This document shows positions 22,271 through 64,000 of a stretch of DNA of 64,000 nucleotides, in pieces. A model generated the notes under the pieces. It was not told the DNA's origin. It was given only the letters and a program-made list of their open reading frames with translations, and ran no database searches. Where the stretch lies: contig CM082583.2 of the NCBI GenBank assembly GCA_040954595.2, positions 11,818,636-11,882,635 on the forward strand. Reading direction: 5' to 3'. The DNA is from Balanoglossus misakiensis. Its lineage: Eukaryota > Animalia > Hemichordata. The stretch's first letter is position 1. Every line of letters begins with the position of its first letter. The position numbers were made by a program, and so were the translations under genes.

Positions 22271-25200
22271 TTTATTTTCCTGAGCTGTTCACAGGCAGCG
22301 AATCATTTTATCGTTGGTGGCGTACTTATTAATGCCTTGCACTTGAAGTTGACGCAAGTTCATAGTCGTAGAAAAATGAATAAAAACATATTTTTATTGT
22401 TATTATTATGAATAAAAATGGGGGAAATATTAATATTAATTATTATTATTCCAAAAATAGTATTATTGTTATTGTAGTTATTGTAGTAGTTCTTGTTATC
22501 TTGTTGCTCAATAAAAATTTTAAAAAAAAGTTCTTGTTATCTATCATGTCTTAAAATCCAACATACCTATGCATTCTGTTTTCTCCCTAACAATGTTGAC
22601 TCCCAAAAGTCATGTTAGTAGAGTATTTTTGATATTTAGGAGAGTTGTCTTGATGATTTGTATAATTAATGAAATATTTTGTTTTTGAGGCAGTGAGAAT
22701 GTCTGTAAGTTAAATGGAAATAAATTTACAGAATACTTCTGTTAGTTTTTATTGACAGATCCTCCTTCTAAATTGTCCTTGATAGGTAATCTGAAAACCA
22801 AACAGACTCATACTGAGGACTGTTGCCAGGATGAGAAAAACAAAATCCATGGCTGTAAACCTCACAGGTATGAGAAGTTATGTAACCACTATCATCTCTG
22901 TCAGTGCCAAGTTGTGGCCGGGGTGTTTATTCCTGAAAAGACCACGTTTGGTTAAAGTTCTACATGGCATGTGCTGAGGATTCCTTTACATCCAGATGGC
23001 CTTTAGGGTATGAGTCTTGAGTCAAGACAATGATCAGGATTTATTGATTGGCATTTAATGAGAATGATAAAATTGAAGTTGGATTGACTCACAGGTAAGA
23101 TCAAAAATTTATGTACCATGTCCACAGCATATTAGTGGGGTTACTACTTTGATCAATCATTACTTAATTCTCATTGATTTTCTCCCTTTATTTCTGTAAT
23201 CACCTCATCACCCGAGAGAAAACAGCGAGGTCATTAGGTTTTTAGTGTTATTGATTTTTTTTCTTGAGAAAAAGTACTTAACCACAAGACTTGAAGGTCT
23301 CTGGTTGTTTCCCAAATTATTCCTTCAAATCAACAAACCTTGATTCATAAATCCTACACTCAGTTAACAGAAGTAATGGGATTATGATTTTGCACTAAAT
23401 TTTAAAGGAGTAGTATAAAACTCTTGGTGTATTTTGTAGTTTTGGCTTTTTTCTTGTGTGCATTTGTCTTTGTGTATATGAGCCAACCACTGTTCTTTTA
23501 TCTATTATATTTTTGCCCAAAGGGAATTCTTCTCAGGAAATTTGTGACAGTTTTCAGACATTTTCTTTACCATGAATGCCACAGTTTTCAGTAAAGCACG
23601 TACATGCCATGTCTTTTTCAATATGGCACAGTGGTATTCTGTTCACAACAACCTGGTGTTTTTGTTCTCGTATCAAACCCCTACGGATTACTTTCAAAAA
23701 ACCGTGGTACTTACATGTACAAGGATATATACCTGCATAACTTTTAAAAAAGAAACAATGGCTAAAACATGAAAAATTTGATGTCATTTAAGTACCGCTC
23801 CAGTTAATGTTCCAATCTTACTGAGTTGGCTGAAGTATTCCTCTATTGTCATAGAAGATTTATGGACAAATAATTAGCCTGTTCCAGATGAGAAGATTTG
23901 ATCAATCACGTGATCAATAAGCCGACTACAATGTTGAGATAGTCTGAGCTCAAATGCTGGCATGATCATTATGCCGATACCAACTGCAATCCATAGATTG
24001 TGTGAGCGATCGAGGGAGAGAGTCAGTGAGCGTGCCCATTCTACCGCAGATTTGCATCATAATAGAAATTCCGTGCATTGTCAAATAGCAGGAGACTACT
24101 TAACATGCCACTGTTCATCTATGCTAAAAGTATACACCTACAACTGTGGCCTGTTCCAACCAGGCAGCCAGTCAGTCAACTCCTCAACCCAACCCTACAT
24201 CAACATCAGCATTGAAAGGAATTTGGGACACTGACAGTACAGGCATATAGTCTTTGCACCATCCATTGCAAACGTTGGTCTGTGTTGTCACATGGTTGAT
24301 CACCTCCAACTCCCACTTGTAGATCTGGGATTGTAAAGTTAATTAAGTGTTTTCTGTGCAGCTGCTATTTTAAGCAGCTATCAAAACCGCAATTCTCAAT
24401 GTGTTTGCCGTGAAACCACAACCTACTGTGTGATCAATCAGGTATGTAAACTTTGTGCAGTCATTTTTCAACCTTGAGTGTCACTTTGTTTGTACTGACA
24501 GTCCCTGTAAATATGGCAAAGATAGGTATACTGGTTTGAATAGTGGGAATGTATATCAACTTTCAAGCTTTCTACTGCAAGTTTAACTTAATATTACAAG
24601 TTATAGCAATTAATTCATTGTACTGCATGGTAATTTGGTACAGCAATTAATAGATTTGAAAGTTTGTATATATAATTATTAGAAGTCGAAATCTACATGG
24701 CATAAGTAAACAGCTAGCACAAAAATATTTTCAAAATGTACCCTCCATAGTTGCCATTAAGAATGCAAAAAGCCTAGAGTTTCTTGTTACTCGCATTTCA
24801 AAGTAACCTTGCTCTGGTCAGTGTGTTTTGAATGGTCACAGTAAACAATATGGGAACACTGTAACAGTGAGCAATCACCAACACTATGTGTAGTTTCTGT
24901 AATATTAGACGAAGCGGGACACAGCCAGTTTAATAGCACTCATGTTGGTAACTCACAGTTATAACTAGTCCAAGGAAACTTGATTTGAATGTTTCTATCA
25001 GTATATAGGGACAACCACGTCAAGTTGGGCTGGTTTCAAGACGGAGAAACCACTGTGCTTTCAAGTTGTTTTCTAAAAGTGAGTGAAATCTTCGTACGTT
25101 GTTGGTTTAGTACATTTGTATGGGTTCTAAAAGTATTAGCAGGATAAACAATGGCCAGGCAATGTTGGCCGGTGAATGGAGTTGAACACATGCATGACCA

Positions 25201-28200
25201 GTAATTGTGAAGTGAAAGCACAGTGGGTCCAAACCCAACTGAAAAGTAATTAAAGTCTGACACCTTGAGTTACACCAAACATGGTTGAAACAACAGATTG
25301 TCTTGTACTTGAATACAATAGTGACATCCTCACAGATTAAGTGAAGACTCCTTCATTGTGCAATTTCCTAATTTGACATGCATGTTTCTGTCAGAATTGT
25401 TCTAATGATCGATTGTGTTGAAATTTCCTTCACCTGTGACCTGACTTAAACAACACGGCAGTGGCCAGACTTGAATGTAAACTCATAAAAGTGTCTGTGA
25501 AAATAGTTTATACAGTCTGTTTCTTTCAAGGCCTTGGGCTTTGCTCCACACGTATACTTTGATTCCAAGTGATTTAACAAACAACTCAAAAATGAGAGAA
25601 AGTTTAATGGGTGAGTTATATCATAATAGGGATGATAATAAATGTACAAACAGGCATTAACAAGTATCTGGTATTTGTGCGCCACATTCCTGTGTTCCTA
25701 TGAAAACTTGGGAAAAATAATTGATTGATATTTTCCAATACACCAGGGAGCAATATACCCTAACATTTACTGAAGTATGTTGTTTGTGCAGGCATGTCAA
25801 ATCACCTTTGACCTGTATGTGCCTATAAAATAGAATGACAACTATAAAATGGAATGATAACACCAGTTTGAGAAAAAAAATAGATTGCGGTCCTCAGCTG
25901 AGTTTTAAAATAATAGTATTTGAGTACCGGTATACACTGTAGAACAATCAAATTAAAAATGCAGCTCAGAAATTTAGTTCCCACGGAGTACAACAGACAT
26001 TTTGGTTTTATTTACTTCTATGATGTCTGAATATAAGTTATTTCAGTGAATCATCAGGTGTTTTGTCATTTATTTAACAAGACAAATACCAGTCTTACTG
26101 GAAGAAAGTAAAATTGACATAGAATCTGTATTTTAGAATGTGGAAAAAGCACACCCATGCAGCAGAACAGTCTCCAGGCATTTCAGAAAGCAATGTTCTG
26201 TAACCACCCCTTTAGCCACACCGGTGCTCTAACCAGAATACAAATGACATATGGTTTGTACACTAGTATTATATCTGACGAATGCCTGGGGCTGTTTTCT
26301 GTTGGCATCAATTGTTAGAGTCAGATCAGTACATGTATGTTTTCCTGGACACTGCTTTCCAAAATAAATACAAGAATACTTTTCCAAAATGCATATTCTG
26401 AAATTTATTTCTGTTTATGTGCAGCTATTAAGCATAGGCTTAAGTAGGTCATGTGAGGTTTTCTGTCAGACTTTTCTATCCTTATGTCCGAGATGATTCG
26501 ACCCACCCTGTCCGTGAATGGATGCACCAGTACAGTGCATTGTCCTCGTCTTCACTCATGCATTCCTGCCTTAGGTAGAAGCACTTGCCATGGAGATCTC
26601 CAGTGAATAATGTTCGATCACATAGCTGCAAACGTGTATTCTCTACAACTGTGCTGTAAACATTCACTGAACCCTCTATGTCAACGCTCTATGACAGTGG
26701 ATGAGGATGAATGGTCAGTCTGTAGGAATTTATTTATATGACTTTCTAATAAATCACTAAAATACTTTAATTTAGTTCACTTTTGGAATGTGTTAGTAAT
26801 GTTTTGTTTTGTACCCTCAAAAGAGTTTCCCATAAGAAGCCCTACAAGTGCAGGATGTCATTCATATACCAGTCTGGAATTGTCCATGTGAAAAAATTCC
26901 ATAACGGAACATTTTCATACATGTTGATACAACATGACTCAAAAATTATAAAAGAATAAGCCGACATACCACAAATATTTGCTTTATTTTAACAATGTAA
27001 TTAGTGTAGCTTGTTGTCAAAACAATAGTCATAGTCTTGAGGATTTAATTGTTGTTTCATGTCTGGGAAAAGAGACATATAATGAAAACCGTGTGTGTTT
27101 TATATTTTATTTGACCTAGAACACACATATAATTAATTTGTAAGTGTATAGTTTTACATGGCCATCCTCAATGATAGATCATATGGAATCCATCTGTGTA
27201 TAGATTGAATTTATAGCAACCAGCATGTTCGTATTATGACCCATATTGTTCTGATTTCCTGCATATATTGTGTTCATGGACAGTAGTTGCATTGATCTTC
27301 CATCATAGTTGGATAACAAAAGGTTTGTGTATGGTTGCATGGTACATTGTGTATATGGTACCTATACATGTATTTCCCTTCAAGAGTGGTCATATAGTTG
27401 GTCTTTTATTGTGGTATTCACCTCCATTAAGTTAGGTGTGTCTGCCCTTTGGGTGAAAACTGACATGCATTTCCTGCGTGGGTACAGGCTATGTTCTGGT
27501 ATGTGCATGTGCAGCAAAAATTAACTGTTATCTATGATCATGATTTCTTGTTACGGACACTAGCAGCTAGGTGTTGGAGGAAAAAGATAAATTTTGAACA
27601 GGGTAGATATCAGAACATGACACTGAAAACATTGCAAATGGTGTCTAATTCTCTCACATTCTTTTCTGGCCGTAATAGACTGTGCATTTTATGAATTCCA
27701 TCTGCAATAGAGGTCACTTAGCCCATTTGTGAACTTTTATGGTTTTCCCCAAGGCCTGATCAAAAACATTGAGTTGTCTGAGGTAATTCCCCCTCCCCTT
27801 ACTCTTGCATGGGTTGCAACTATACATGTAAAGGTGGGTCGACCGGAAAAACTATTAGCTGCATGAGTTAAGTGCATGTCCAAATCAAGGTCATCACAGT
27901 TGATATATTACCACACTCCATTGTATGAAGTGGACTTCTTAAATTCAAGTTTACTGTAAGTCTACCTAACACAATAACAGACGTACAATACACATCCTTA
28001 ATCTTTTATCACCAAACCAAGGACACTTGGCATTGAGAGATTGGATATTATCTACCTCCTTAGATATGTCAGCTACCTCAAGTATGCTAACACTATAGTA
28101 TAAACCTTTCTGTTCAATATTAAGGGAATAATTCCCGGACTCTTTCTTAGTCACAGTCGTTAAGTTTGATATCCCCTAAATTCTGACAAATGAATCTGTA

Positions 28201-29644
28201 TGATTACTGACATTCTTTGGCTGTAAACTTTAGTCTAAGATTATGAAACCTGTTGATCTTCGTGCAGGTCATTCAGTTTCACTGATTCCTATTTGAGGTC
28301 ATTTAAGGTCATCTCATGTGCCCCCATACTGAAATGTAATTTGTTTATTTCCATACTGTTAACTATCAGATATACCCTTCAAAGATACAACCTGGACAAC
28401 GAGCTACATTAGTCTCACACAGGAAGGTCTGTACTGGATGCACAAGAACATATGTTAGAGAGGCTTCCTGTATGCTTCCCACCAGCAACCATAACTGACA
28501 CAAATAAATCATATTGCCTGTACATATTGGCTCAGGTCATGCAGCATTCTAAACAGATCCGTAATACTCAGTGTTAATTCTCCCCAGGAATTTCTGATAC
28601 AATATTGGCTAGTTTGCATATAATGGTTTCAATTGTTTAACCCAAATTAAAAGGTTTTGCCTGAATTACTCTGTAATTGTCCTCTATAATTGCCTTCATT
28701 TCTGTTGCTCGGTGATTATTTATATTTCCCATCAAAATTAAACCTGCTTGGATGTAATAAAACTTGCCCTGGTTGTGTATTTTCTCACAGCTGTCATTAT
28801 GCTATTTTTATAACTGCACTGCATTCATCCCCAGTGTATCGATCATCAAATTATATGTCTCTCTCTCTCTTTCACTGTGTAGGAGCTGTCGACTGTAAAG
28901 GGGCTCAGTGGTGGCATTTTGCTGGTGAACAACTGAACAATAAATGCCAACCTTGATTGAATTCTGGGACCACAGCCACATATGTTAGTGCCAGATGAGT
29001 GATTGCAGCATGTACCTCCACTGAAATACTCCACATAACTCACGTGCTGTGGCTATACCTGCAAGGCAAAGCTGTGGTGTGTGGTATATTGTTAAAGGCT
29101 GAATAATATGCGGTCTGTTGGTACAACGCCATGTGCATTCGTCATTGTTGTGCGTTGAATTCAGAAGACAAATAACCCAAAGTGGAGTCATTAATTGGTG
29201 GAACGGATGACATATTGAATTCTGGGATACTCTACTCCATCATCAATGTCCATGAACTCAGCTTGTGCATGCAAGTCTGTATTTTAAACGTAATTTACAA
29301 TATCAACTGCAAAACCCTCTCTCTGACAGGAAGGTTTTGCTCTACCGGTACAAACTGCCATCATTGGAAGTGTTGTTCAATAACTATAAATAGATCTAGG
29401 CTGGCACCACACTGAACAGCTGACTGTACCTTGTCCCACATGAGAGAGAAGACCAAATATTCAAGAGAGCGTACAGGAATTCCTACCCAACAGCGTGAAA
29501 CACCTGTTCTGTCCTGGGAGACCAGCATTATAATTTCAGCCGACTGAGGCAAGGAAGGAAGGAAGTCTGGAGTTTGAAGCAGCAGAACCAACAGATTCAC
29601 TGGAGACGAGCTCTGTCTTTGGGAGCTTGGCCAACAGTGAACAG

Positions 29645-30783
29645 ATGCCAACAGACAACAAAATGTTTGACCTCAGTGGAGGGACAACCAGGACTTCCAA
29701 AGGGAACATACAGAAATTGAGTGGACTGAGCGTTTCCAGGCTGACCCTGCTCGGCAAAGACTTTGGCATTGAGAAAAGCATTGCCGCATTGGGGATCCTC
29801 AGCCTGTTGGCCATGATTGTCGCTGTGCTCTCAGTCTTGCTCATCTTCCAACTGCAGGGAGAGGAAACCAACGTGGTGCTGATGGAGAGCGGGTCACCCC
29901 AGTCCACATATTACAACGCTGTCATCACAGAACAGGTCTACAACAACATGCTGGACTCGGGCATTGTAGTGGCCACTTTCTGCGCAACTTTGAATTTTTG
30001 TTGTGTGGTGGTCTGCTCCATACAGAGTTACTTTGCTGCAAAAATGTTGAAATTACCACAAGGGGAAGAAAGGTAAGCAAAAATAGAATGCGATGCATTA
30101 GATTTGTTCTCCTTCAGTCAGTTACCTCAAGTATATAATATCCCTTTTAATTTTTACTGTGAAATGATGTAAAATTATATTATATTAATGTGGAAATATT
30201 TTTTACTATTTCTAGGGCATATAAATTTTTGAAGAAATCATCCAGCACTAGATTTTTGGCACTAGGGGCATTCTTTGCAGGAATTCCAGTGTTTCTTATA
30301 GGTGAGTACTGCGCCATCCTAGCCAAGACATGATTAAAGTACAACAATTAAGTGTTCTATTACTCAAACAGAGTGGTACAGAATGGCAGCCACATGTATA
30401 GACCCAAATGTACCAGTGTAATATTTAATTTTGAATGTTGTATAAAGTAATATAAATAATAAATCTGCATATATTTTTCTTTTCCCATTTCAGCACTTGG
30501 TATTTACTTATTCCTGAAATTCCGCCTCATTCCAGCTGCGATCTCCACAGGATTCATGGGTCTAGGACTGATTTTCATCCTGTATAGCTTTTCCTGGAGC
30601 TGTTATGTGTGGAAAGCTGAACAGTCATTAATTTCTAAAGGGCTCGGTCCATATGAAAGACAATCTGACCAAAGTGTACACAGCATCGATCTCAAGTCGC
30701 CGTATCTACACATGAACCACAACCATGTCGATCACATGGCTCCGTCAAGTCCTGCTACTAGCAATTTATCAACATTGGTTTGA
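29645..30783 (+). CDS. TMEM221: Transmembrane protein 221 / Jiraiya homolog (4 TM); the N-terminus may extend upstream
   Basis: Exons 29645-30072, 30216-30301 and 30494-30783 give four hydrophobic segments, RFLALGAFFAGIPVFLIALGIY, and a C-terminal STLV class I PDZ-binding motif like that I recall for vertebrate TMEM221. The frame is open from 29534, and a possible acceptor lies at 29539. Confidence 0.72.
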
Positions 30784-32295
30784 CAATGAATTTACACATT
30801 GTGTGCCCTGGACCATCATTTAAAAAAGTGTGACAATGGATAGAACTTGCTTGAAAATGTAGAACTAATCTGTAGATGAGCTCATCTCATTAAATTAAAT
30901 CAAATCAAGATGTAAGTTAGCTGATCTCGAGAGTACTGAGCTGAAGTTATTCACAAGTATACCTTGTAAACATACAGTTACTGGTTTGGTGTATCTTTCC
31001 GGTGCATTATGGGTACTCTATTGTTGCATTAAAGTGCCACCCTTTGTTCACAGACATCTGATTGGTTGCAAATATGAAAAATGAGCCAGTTTTGATCAAA
31101 TTGTTTTAGGCAACTTAAAATGAAATGCTTATCTTCCCGAAGATAAATTAACAGAAGGATGCCATGGCTTTTTATGATCTTTGCTGTCACCTTGATCTTT
31201 TATACTCTTTTGATATTACTTATATCAAAGAAGGGGAGAGTTTTAAGAGTCTTTACCCTTTCCGAAACTGTCAATCATCAATATTAACGTATATTCTAAA
31301 ATATTATATATTTACATATTATTTATTTAACTAACTAAACTGTTTTGAAAATATTTTTCAAAGTGTAGATTAGTTTTGGATCTGTACGAAACATTAATGT
31401 AAAATATCAAATATCATTACACTTATATACTCAAGAAAATAAATATAATAATATGCTGTACAGAAAGTCAGGTGACTTACGCATGGCATGTGTTTGCATA
31501 GGAGATTCATTTATTTTTATGTGATTCTGTTTGTACTACTCTCAAGTCATATTCTATGACTGACTGCAGGTACTCATATACACTGTAAAACTTTAAGATG
31601 TAAACATGTCTTTTGTGTCTGATTGTATTTAGGTTTTTATTGAACTATTCTTTATATGCAATCTTGGGTTATTTTAAATTAGCAAATTACATTTTACACA
31701 TATATAAAATTTGTAGTTGAATTTCTAAATTATCTGCCATGCATGCTTGTTACTATAAAGCAAATATATATTTTAAAGGAACTTGGACTTTGCTTTTGTA
31801 CCAAAATAAACTTTCTTTGCTAAATGACATGGATGGGGTGTGTGTCTTTCATATGTGCTTTTTATACAATAATATGGTTGGAATAAGTGAGAGATGAAAG
31901 GGCTAAACAGATGTGTTTTATCAACTCTTTCATGCTTTGCCTGACAGCAATATGTATTTAATAGCAATATTTATCACTTATCAATCATTCAACTATAAAT
32001 ATCACACGTGCAGCCTGATTTAACATGTGAAGAAGAAATGTGTGTAAGGTTGGCATGGTAATTGGCGATCCCTAAACTAAGTGTGGATGCATTAGTTGAA
32101 CAACGCCACCAACGTCCGCGTTCTTCAGCTGTCGATGTCGAAGGTCGCGGTACGTGACCACAGTCGCTTCCGAGTTACGCGGCGATATTATAATACACGG
32201 CGATCGAAGCCGGCGTCAATACCATTGTTCCACCCGACAAGTTTTAATTCCAAAAGCTTGGATTATGTTGGTCGAAGGCACGCCCTTGTGAGATC

Positions 32296-33763
32296 ATGAA
32301 TGTCTTGTGCAAAGTCCGACAAGTAATAGCTGGTAACCACCGCAACGTTCTGAGGTGGACCCTAAACAGTTGTACGTGTGCGTCGACCACGCCCACACCC
32401 GTCTGTGGAACACTCACGAAGACACGGTACTATTCTCAAAGAAACGTGGACAAGACCATGGAGCAGGTATATCAAATCTTTTCTCTCATGCATTTATACA
32501 TTCACAACGTATGCGTTTAATAAGCTGCGGAAATATGCTGTAACACCGCTGAGCTGCGGTGACAGGTCACCGTGACCGATAAACACGCCTGCATGAGCTC
32601 CTGTGACAGGGCGAGGTCACCGTGACCGCTAAATGACCTTTACCCCTCCTCACTAACACAGCGCTTTGTAAGTTCAGACTCTTGACGATTTTGGAAGCTT
32701 CTTAACAATGTGTCCCATTTGAGACAATTTGTCGTGGTCATTCAAAAGTTTATAAGATTTTGGTTTTCGAGGTGCATAAAGCTTTATGTACTTTTTCTTT
32801 TTGCAGAGTGGTGATAAAGCTGTTGCCTTAGAAGATGTGGACATGGCAGTTCCTAACGAAGGATGGACCGAAGAAAGTAAACAGTTGTTTGACAAGCTAA
32901 CAAAACTGACCGAATCCGGAGAATGGTTTAAACATAAGAGTGTTGCCAGAGGAAAGTTGAGTCAAGCATTATTTACAAGGTCACCTAGTATCGGAAGACC
33001 TGCAGGTGAAATCTATGAATACGCCTTTTTCATCAACAAGAAGGAACATCTTTTGAAGGGCGTTTGTCAGTTCGGACCACTTACTGAAGGACCACCACGG
33101 TGAGTATATATGCTGGAAGGTGTATAAATATAATCACACAGGTTGTAACACTACATGGTGTAGTTCACTCATTGGCCTAATAGCTAGGATAAAAAAGAAA
33201 TAAACCAATCCTTCGAAACTGCTGTTGTAAATGCAAAGGTCACAGAGGTGACCGTATTCATTTCAATTCTTGTGACAGGGTTTCTCTATTGTCCCACCAT
33301 ATTGTGCAGTGTGTATGTTAACTGTGCCATTTTCTCCCCCCCGTACTGAAGGCATGCCCATGGAGGTAGTATTGCTGCAATGATTGATGCTGCTTCTGGA
33401 GTATTGGTCCATCAGACATTGCCGCATGGTAGGATGACTGCCAACATGAATATCAACTACAAAAGGTAAATCCCAATGATATGAACTTTACTTACTTTTG
33501 ATCAAACCTTTACATGTAGCGCATTTGATAATTTGAAATCCTGAATACTCTACCGATTTAGTGATCAGATTTCTCATCTATTTTGCAGACCAACTCCGCT
33601 GATGACAACAGTCTTGATTGAGGCCGAGATTTCCGAAGTGGTCAACAGAAAAACGATTGTATCTTGCAAGGTGAAGAATGCAGCTGATGAAACTCTCCAT
33701 GTTGACGCAACTCTCTTGTTTATAACAGTAGAGAGCTCTTCATTTGTCACATCACAGACCTAG
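32296..33763 (+). CDS. THEM4: Acyl-CoA thioesterase THEM4-like (hot-dog fold, likely mitochondrial)
   Basis: Exons 32296-32466, 32807-33099, 33352-33465 and 33589-33763. An Arg/Thr-rich N-terminal presequence is followed by LFTRS..YEYAFF..CQFGPLTEGPPRHAHGGSIAAMID..MTANMNINYKRP, the HGG-x6-D signature of THEM4/5. Confidence 0.88.
32564..32639. promoter_or_regulatory. Two perfect GGTCAnnnTGACC (ERE/IR3) palindromes plus a TGACCT half site in THEM4 intron 1
   Basis: AGGTCACCGTGACC at 32564-32577 and 32614-32627; TGACCT at 32634-32639. Confidence 0.45.
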
Positions 33764-36333
33764 GCACAAAATTGAATGTACATTGTACACCATTTCAGAA
33801 CTTCGAACGTGGTAGATGTGGATGGCAAAATCTGTGTATTCCTTTCCAAATCAATGCACTAATAATTATCCGTGAATACTGGGGCGTGCTGCAAAATCGT
33901 ATAATTTCAATGATTCCATATCAAGGAGGTGCAAACTCTAGCTCAAAACTTTCTTTCATGCACTGTCCTGAACTATAAGCTTGCAAATATTAACTTTGAT
34001 GTAATTCAAGAATTGTACATTAAATGACATTTTCTATTTTATTGTGCTCTCCTGACTCATTTGAATGTGTGCGCACTACGATTGTCCAGATTTCGTCTCT
34101 TCCTTCTCCTAAAATCCGCAATTAAAACAAATGAAAATACTTCCAATTCTCCACCCATATTTCTACTACCTCTCACAGAAAAAAGAAAGCCTCTATTCAT
34201 GTCAATATCAATTTATTACTGTAACAATGAATGAATATGTAAATATATCAGTTGATATATCAGGCCTCACTTTGGCCTCCTTAAGTTGACAAATTCTATC
34301 TCTATGATTATGCACTCTATCAAGAAATTTGCTTCAACTCTACCCTAGTTATATTCCAATGATGTTAGACCAACAAGTGGTCACTTGGGGGCGCTGTTTC
34401 CACCACCCCATCCGGATAGCCAATACACTATGTTGACATATTTATCAACTTCTAGTGCTATGCAAATATAAAACTGACACATATTAATGCTCTCCAGTGT
34501 CAGAAGCCATACTTCTAAAAAATTCATACCAAAATACTAAGTACTTTTCCATGACAAGGTTTTAAATTTTGTGGTATTCTATTGGGTGGAATATGTGCCT
34601 TTTTTGGTACATGTAAAACATAAACATTTAATGTAACAATTTTCCAAAAATAACTAACTTCATGTAATGACACCTAACCCTCTTCCTCATGTGTTTTTTT
34701 TTACATCTGCCAAAATAGCACCACACCTTCTATATTGCGTAATGAAACATAATAAATTCGACTCCGTTCTCATATTCAACAACACCACATCACCGCAGTT
34801 GGAGTATACAACTTCATTTTCTGTTTATATGTTTGTTAATAACCTTAAAGTCAACAGCACATTTGAAACTAAACTGGCAAGACGATTTGAAAGTGTACGT
34901 CAAGTACAACACAAGAAGACCACAATACGTCTGCTGAAATGTAGAAGTCCACATTGTGCGTTTTTCACCAATGCTCATACTTTCAATGCCACTTCAGTGT
35001 TATTTCAGAAAAAATAATTTTACAAAACCACGGGTTGGTTTGGTTTGCACGAACAAAATCGGAACCAAAATAAGGCTACACTCTTTTTATCATCTCACTC
35101 TAAATTTAAATAGTATCATAAAGATGAGTCTCATTGACTTGGTTTGAAAACAATACTTAGTACAATCACGGAAATGATTATAAACAGTAGAAATAAGTTA
35201 CATTGAAATGTTGGCATATATTACTTTGATAATATACAGCGGTTAGTAGAACTAGGCAAGTCTAAGGCTACACTATATATGACACATTATGTACATCAGC
35301 ACTAAAACAACACAACACAAATCAGGTTTTTGCTTATTTCTTCAAACTTCACCTGAACACTATAGGTAGACCATATTATGGAGAGAGGTGGACAGAGTTT
35401 GAGACAAAACACTGTTCTTGTCAGCATCCCCACAAAAACATTTTCATAAAGTTGACAAAAATACAGTGGACTTCATTATGTACGGACTACTAAAGCAACG
35501 ATGACCTATTAAGCTCATTTTCTTTCTGACACTTGCAGTGGTATTATTATCTGGGCAGACAAACTGATTTATGCTACAGACAAATATCTTATTGAATACA
35601 CTGAGGTTTCAAGTGTTTATAGCTACATTTTACCATATTTGGCTGATTAAGAATCTGTTGAAGTTAATAAAGTAAGTGGACTACAAGATGCTACATATCA
35701 CGCTATTGCATGTAAAGGTTATTTATATACCGGTACCTTTACTTTGAAGATTCAATCTTATGCTACAAGCGTAATAAAACAGCCACTTCCTTCTTCAAAA
35801 TCATCAGTTTGAAAAGATTCAAAGTAAAACCTAGCACCTTTTCAATGGAAAGTTCATCACCTGCATGAAGACCTTGTTAAACTCAATCTGATCTTACTGT
35901 AGAGGTGATATATGTCTAACAAGTCACTGTCAATGACACAGTCCCCGCTGGATCAAAAGATGTTAAAACCATTGGAGGAAGCCATGACTGACATAATCAG
36001 TCTATGCCTCAAAATGACCACATGGCAGTCATACTGGAGCAAGTTAAGACTCTCGGCAGGATGTTATGTTATAGTATTTTGTCTTTGTATCAAGTTAGAA
36101 AGAAAATCAGTGTAGATGTGTGTGAGTTATATCTGTGGGTGAACAGAGGGATATTCAAGATTGGTGGAGAGAACCCAATCTATAAGCCCCTTCACGCTTT
36201 GATACACTGCCTGGGTATATGTCCCCAATGTTGTGAACATTGTCACTGGTACAGTTAAACATTCAGGTGCCCCAAAATTATGACAAGAAACACTGTATGA
36301 GTTGTGTGGGTGTGTCACGATCCTCTATAAGCT

Positions 36334-63851
<27,518 letters not shown>

Positions 63852-64000
63852 CTATAATAAGATATAAACACATGATATACGAGAAAGTTAGTGGAGTTCA
63901 TATGAGGTTATGATGTGAATCACATGACTGTGACAACGAGATAGATAAGAGGTCCCAGAGGTCAGCAAGGACAATGCCCAAATATCACATATTGTAAACC

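Overview
This window is AT-rich, intron-containing animal genomic DNA. My inference is a marine invertebrate deuterostome such as a hemichordate, but the sequence alone does not prove this. I assembled seven spliced genes by hand from GT-AG junctions with phase checks. The left, CpG-rich part (1-19 kb, all minus strand) holds a 130-bp satellite, a neurotrophin/Spaetzle-like cystine-knot precursor, and two tandem paralogous secreted zinc metalloproteases. Their catalytic domains carry the anthrax-lethal-factor/PPEP-type signature (HEFxH...Y-x6-E-YFAE), each encoded by one large exon and fused to three or four ShK domains. The right, CpG-depleted part holds SPAG8 (-), TMEM221/Jiraiya (+), THEM4 (+) and about 27.5 kb of the giant E3 ligase HERC1 (-), whose 5' end lies beyond the window. 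The most interesting candidate system is the lethal-factor-like protease-ShK pair next to the cystine-knot pro-ligand. Secondary signals are a possible PPPY-initiated short HERC1 isoform, a 24-nt HERC1 microexon, two perfect ERE-type palindromes in THEM4, a perfect 32-bp hairpin element and strong enrichment of TACATGTA. Homology calls rest on recalled motifs, not on searches.
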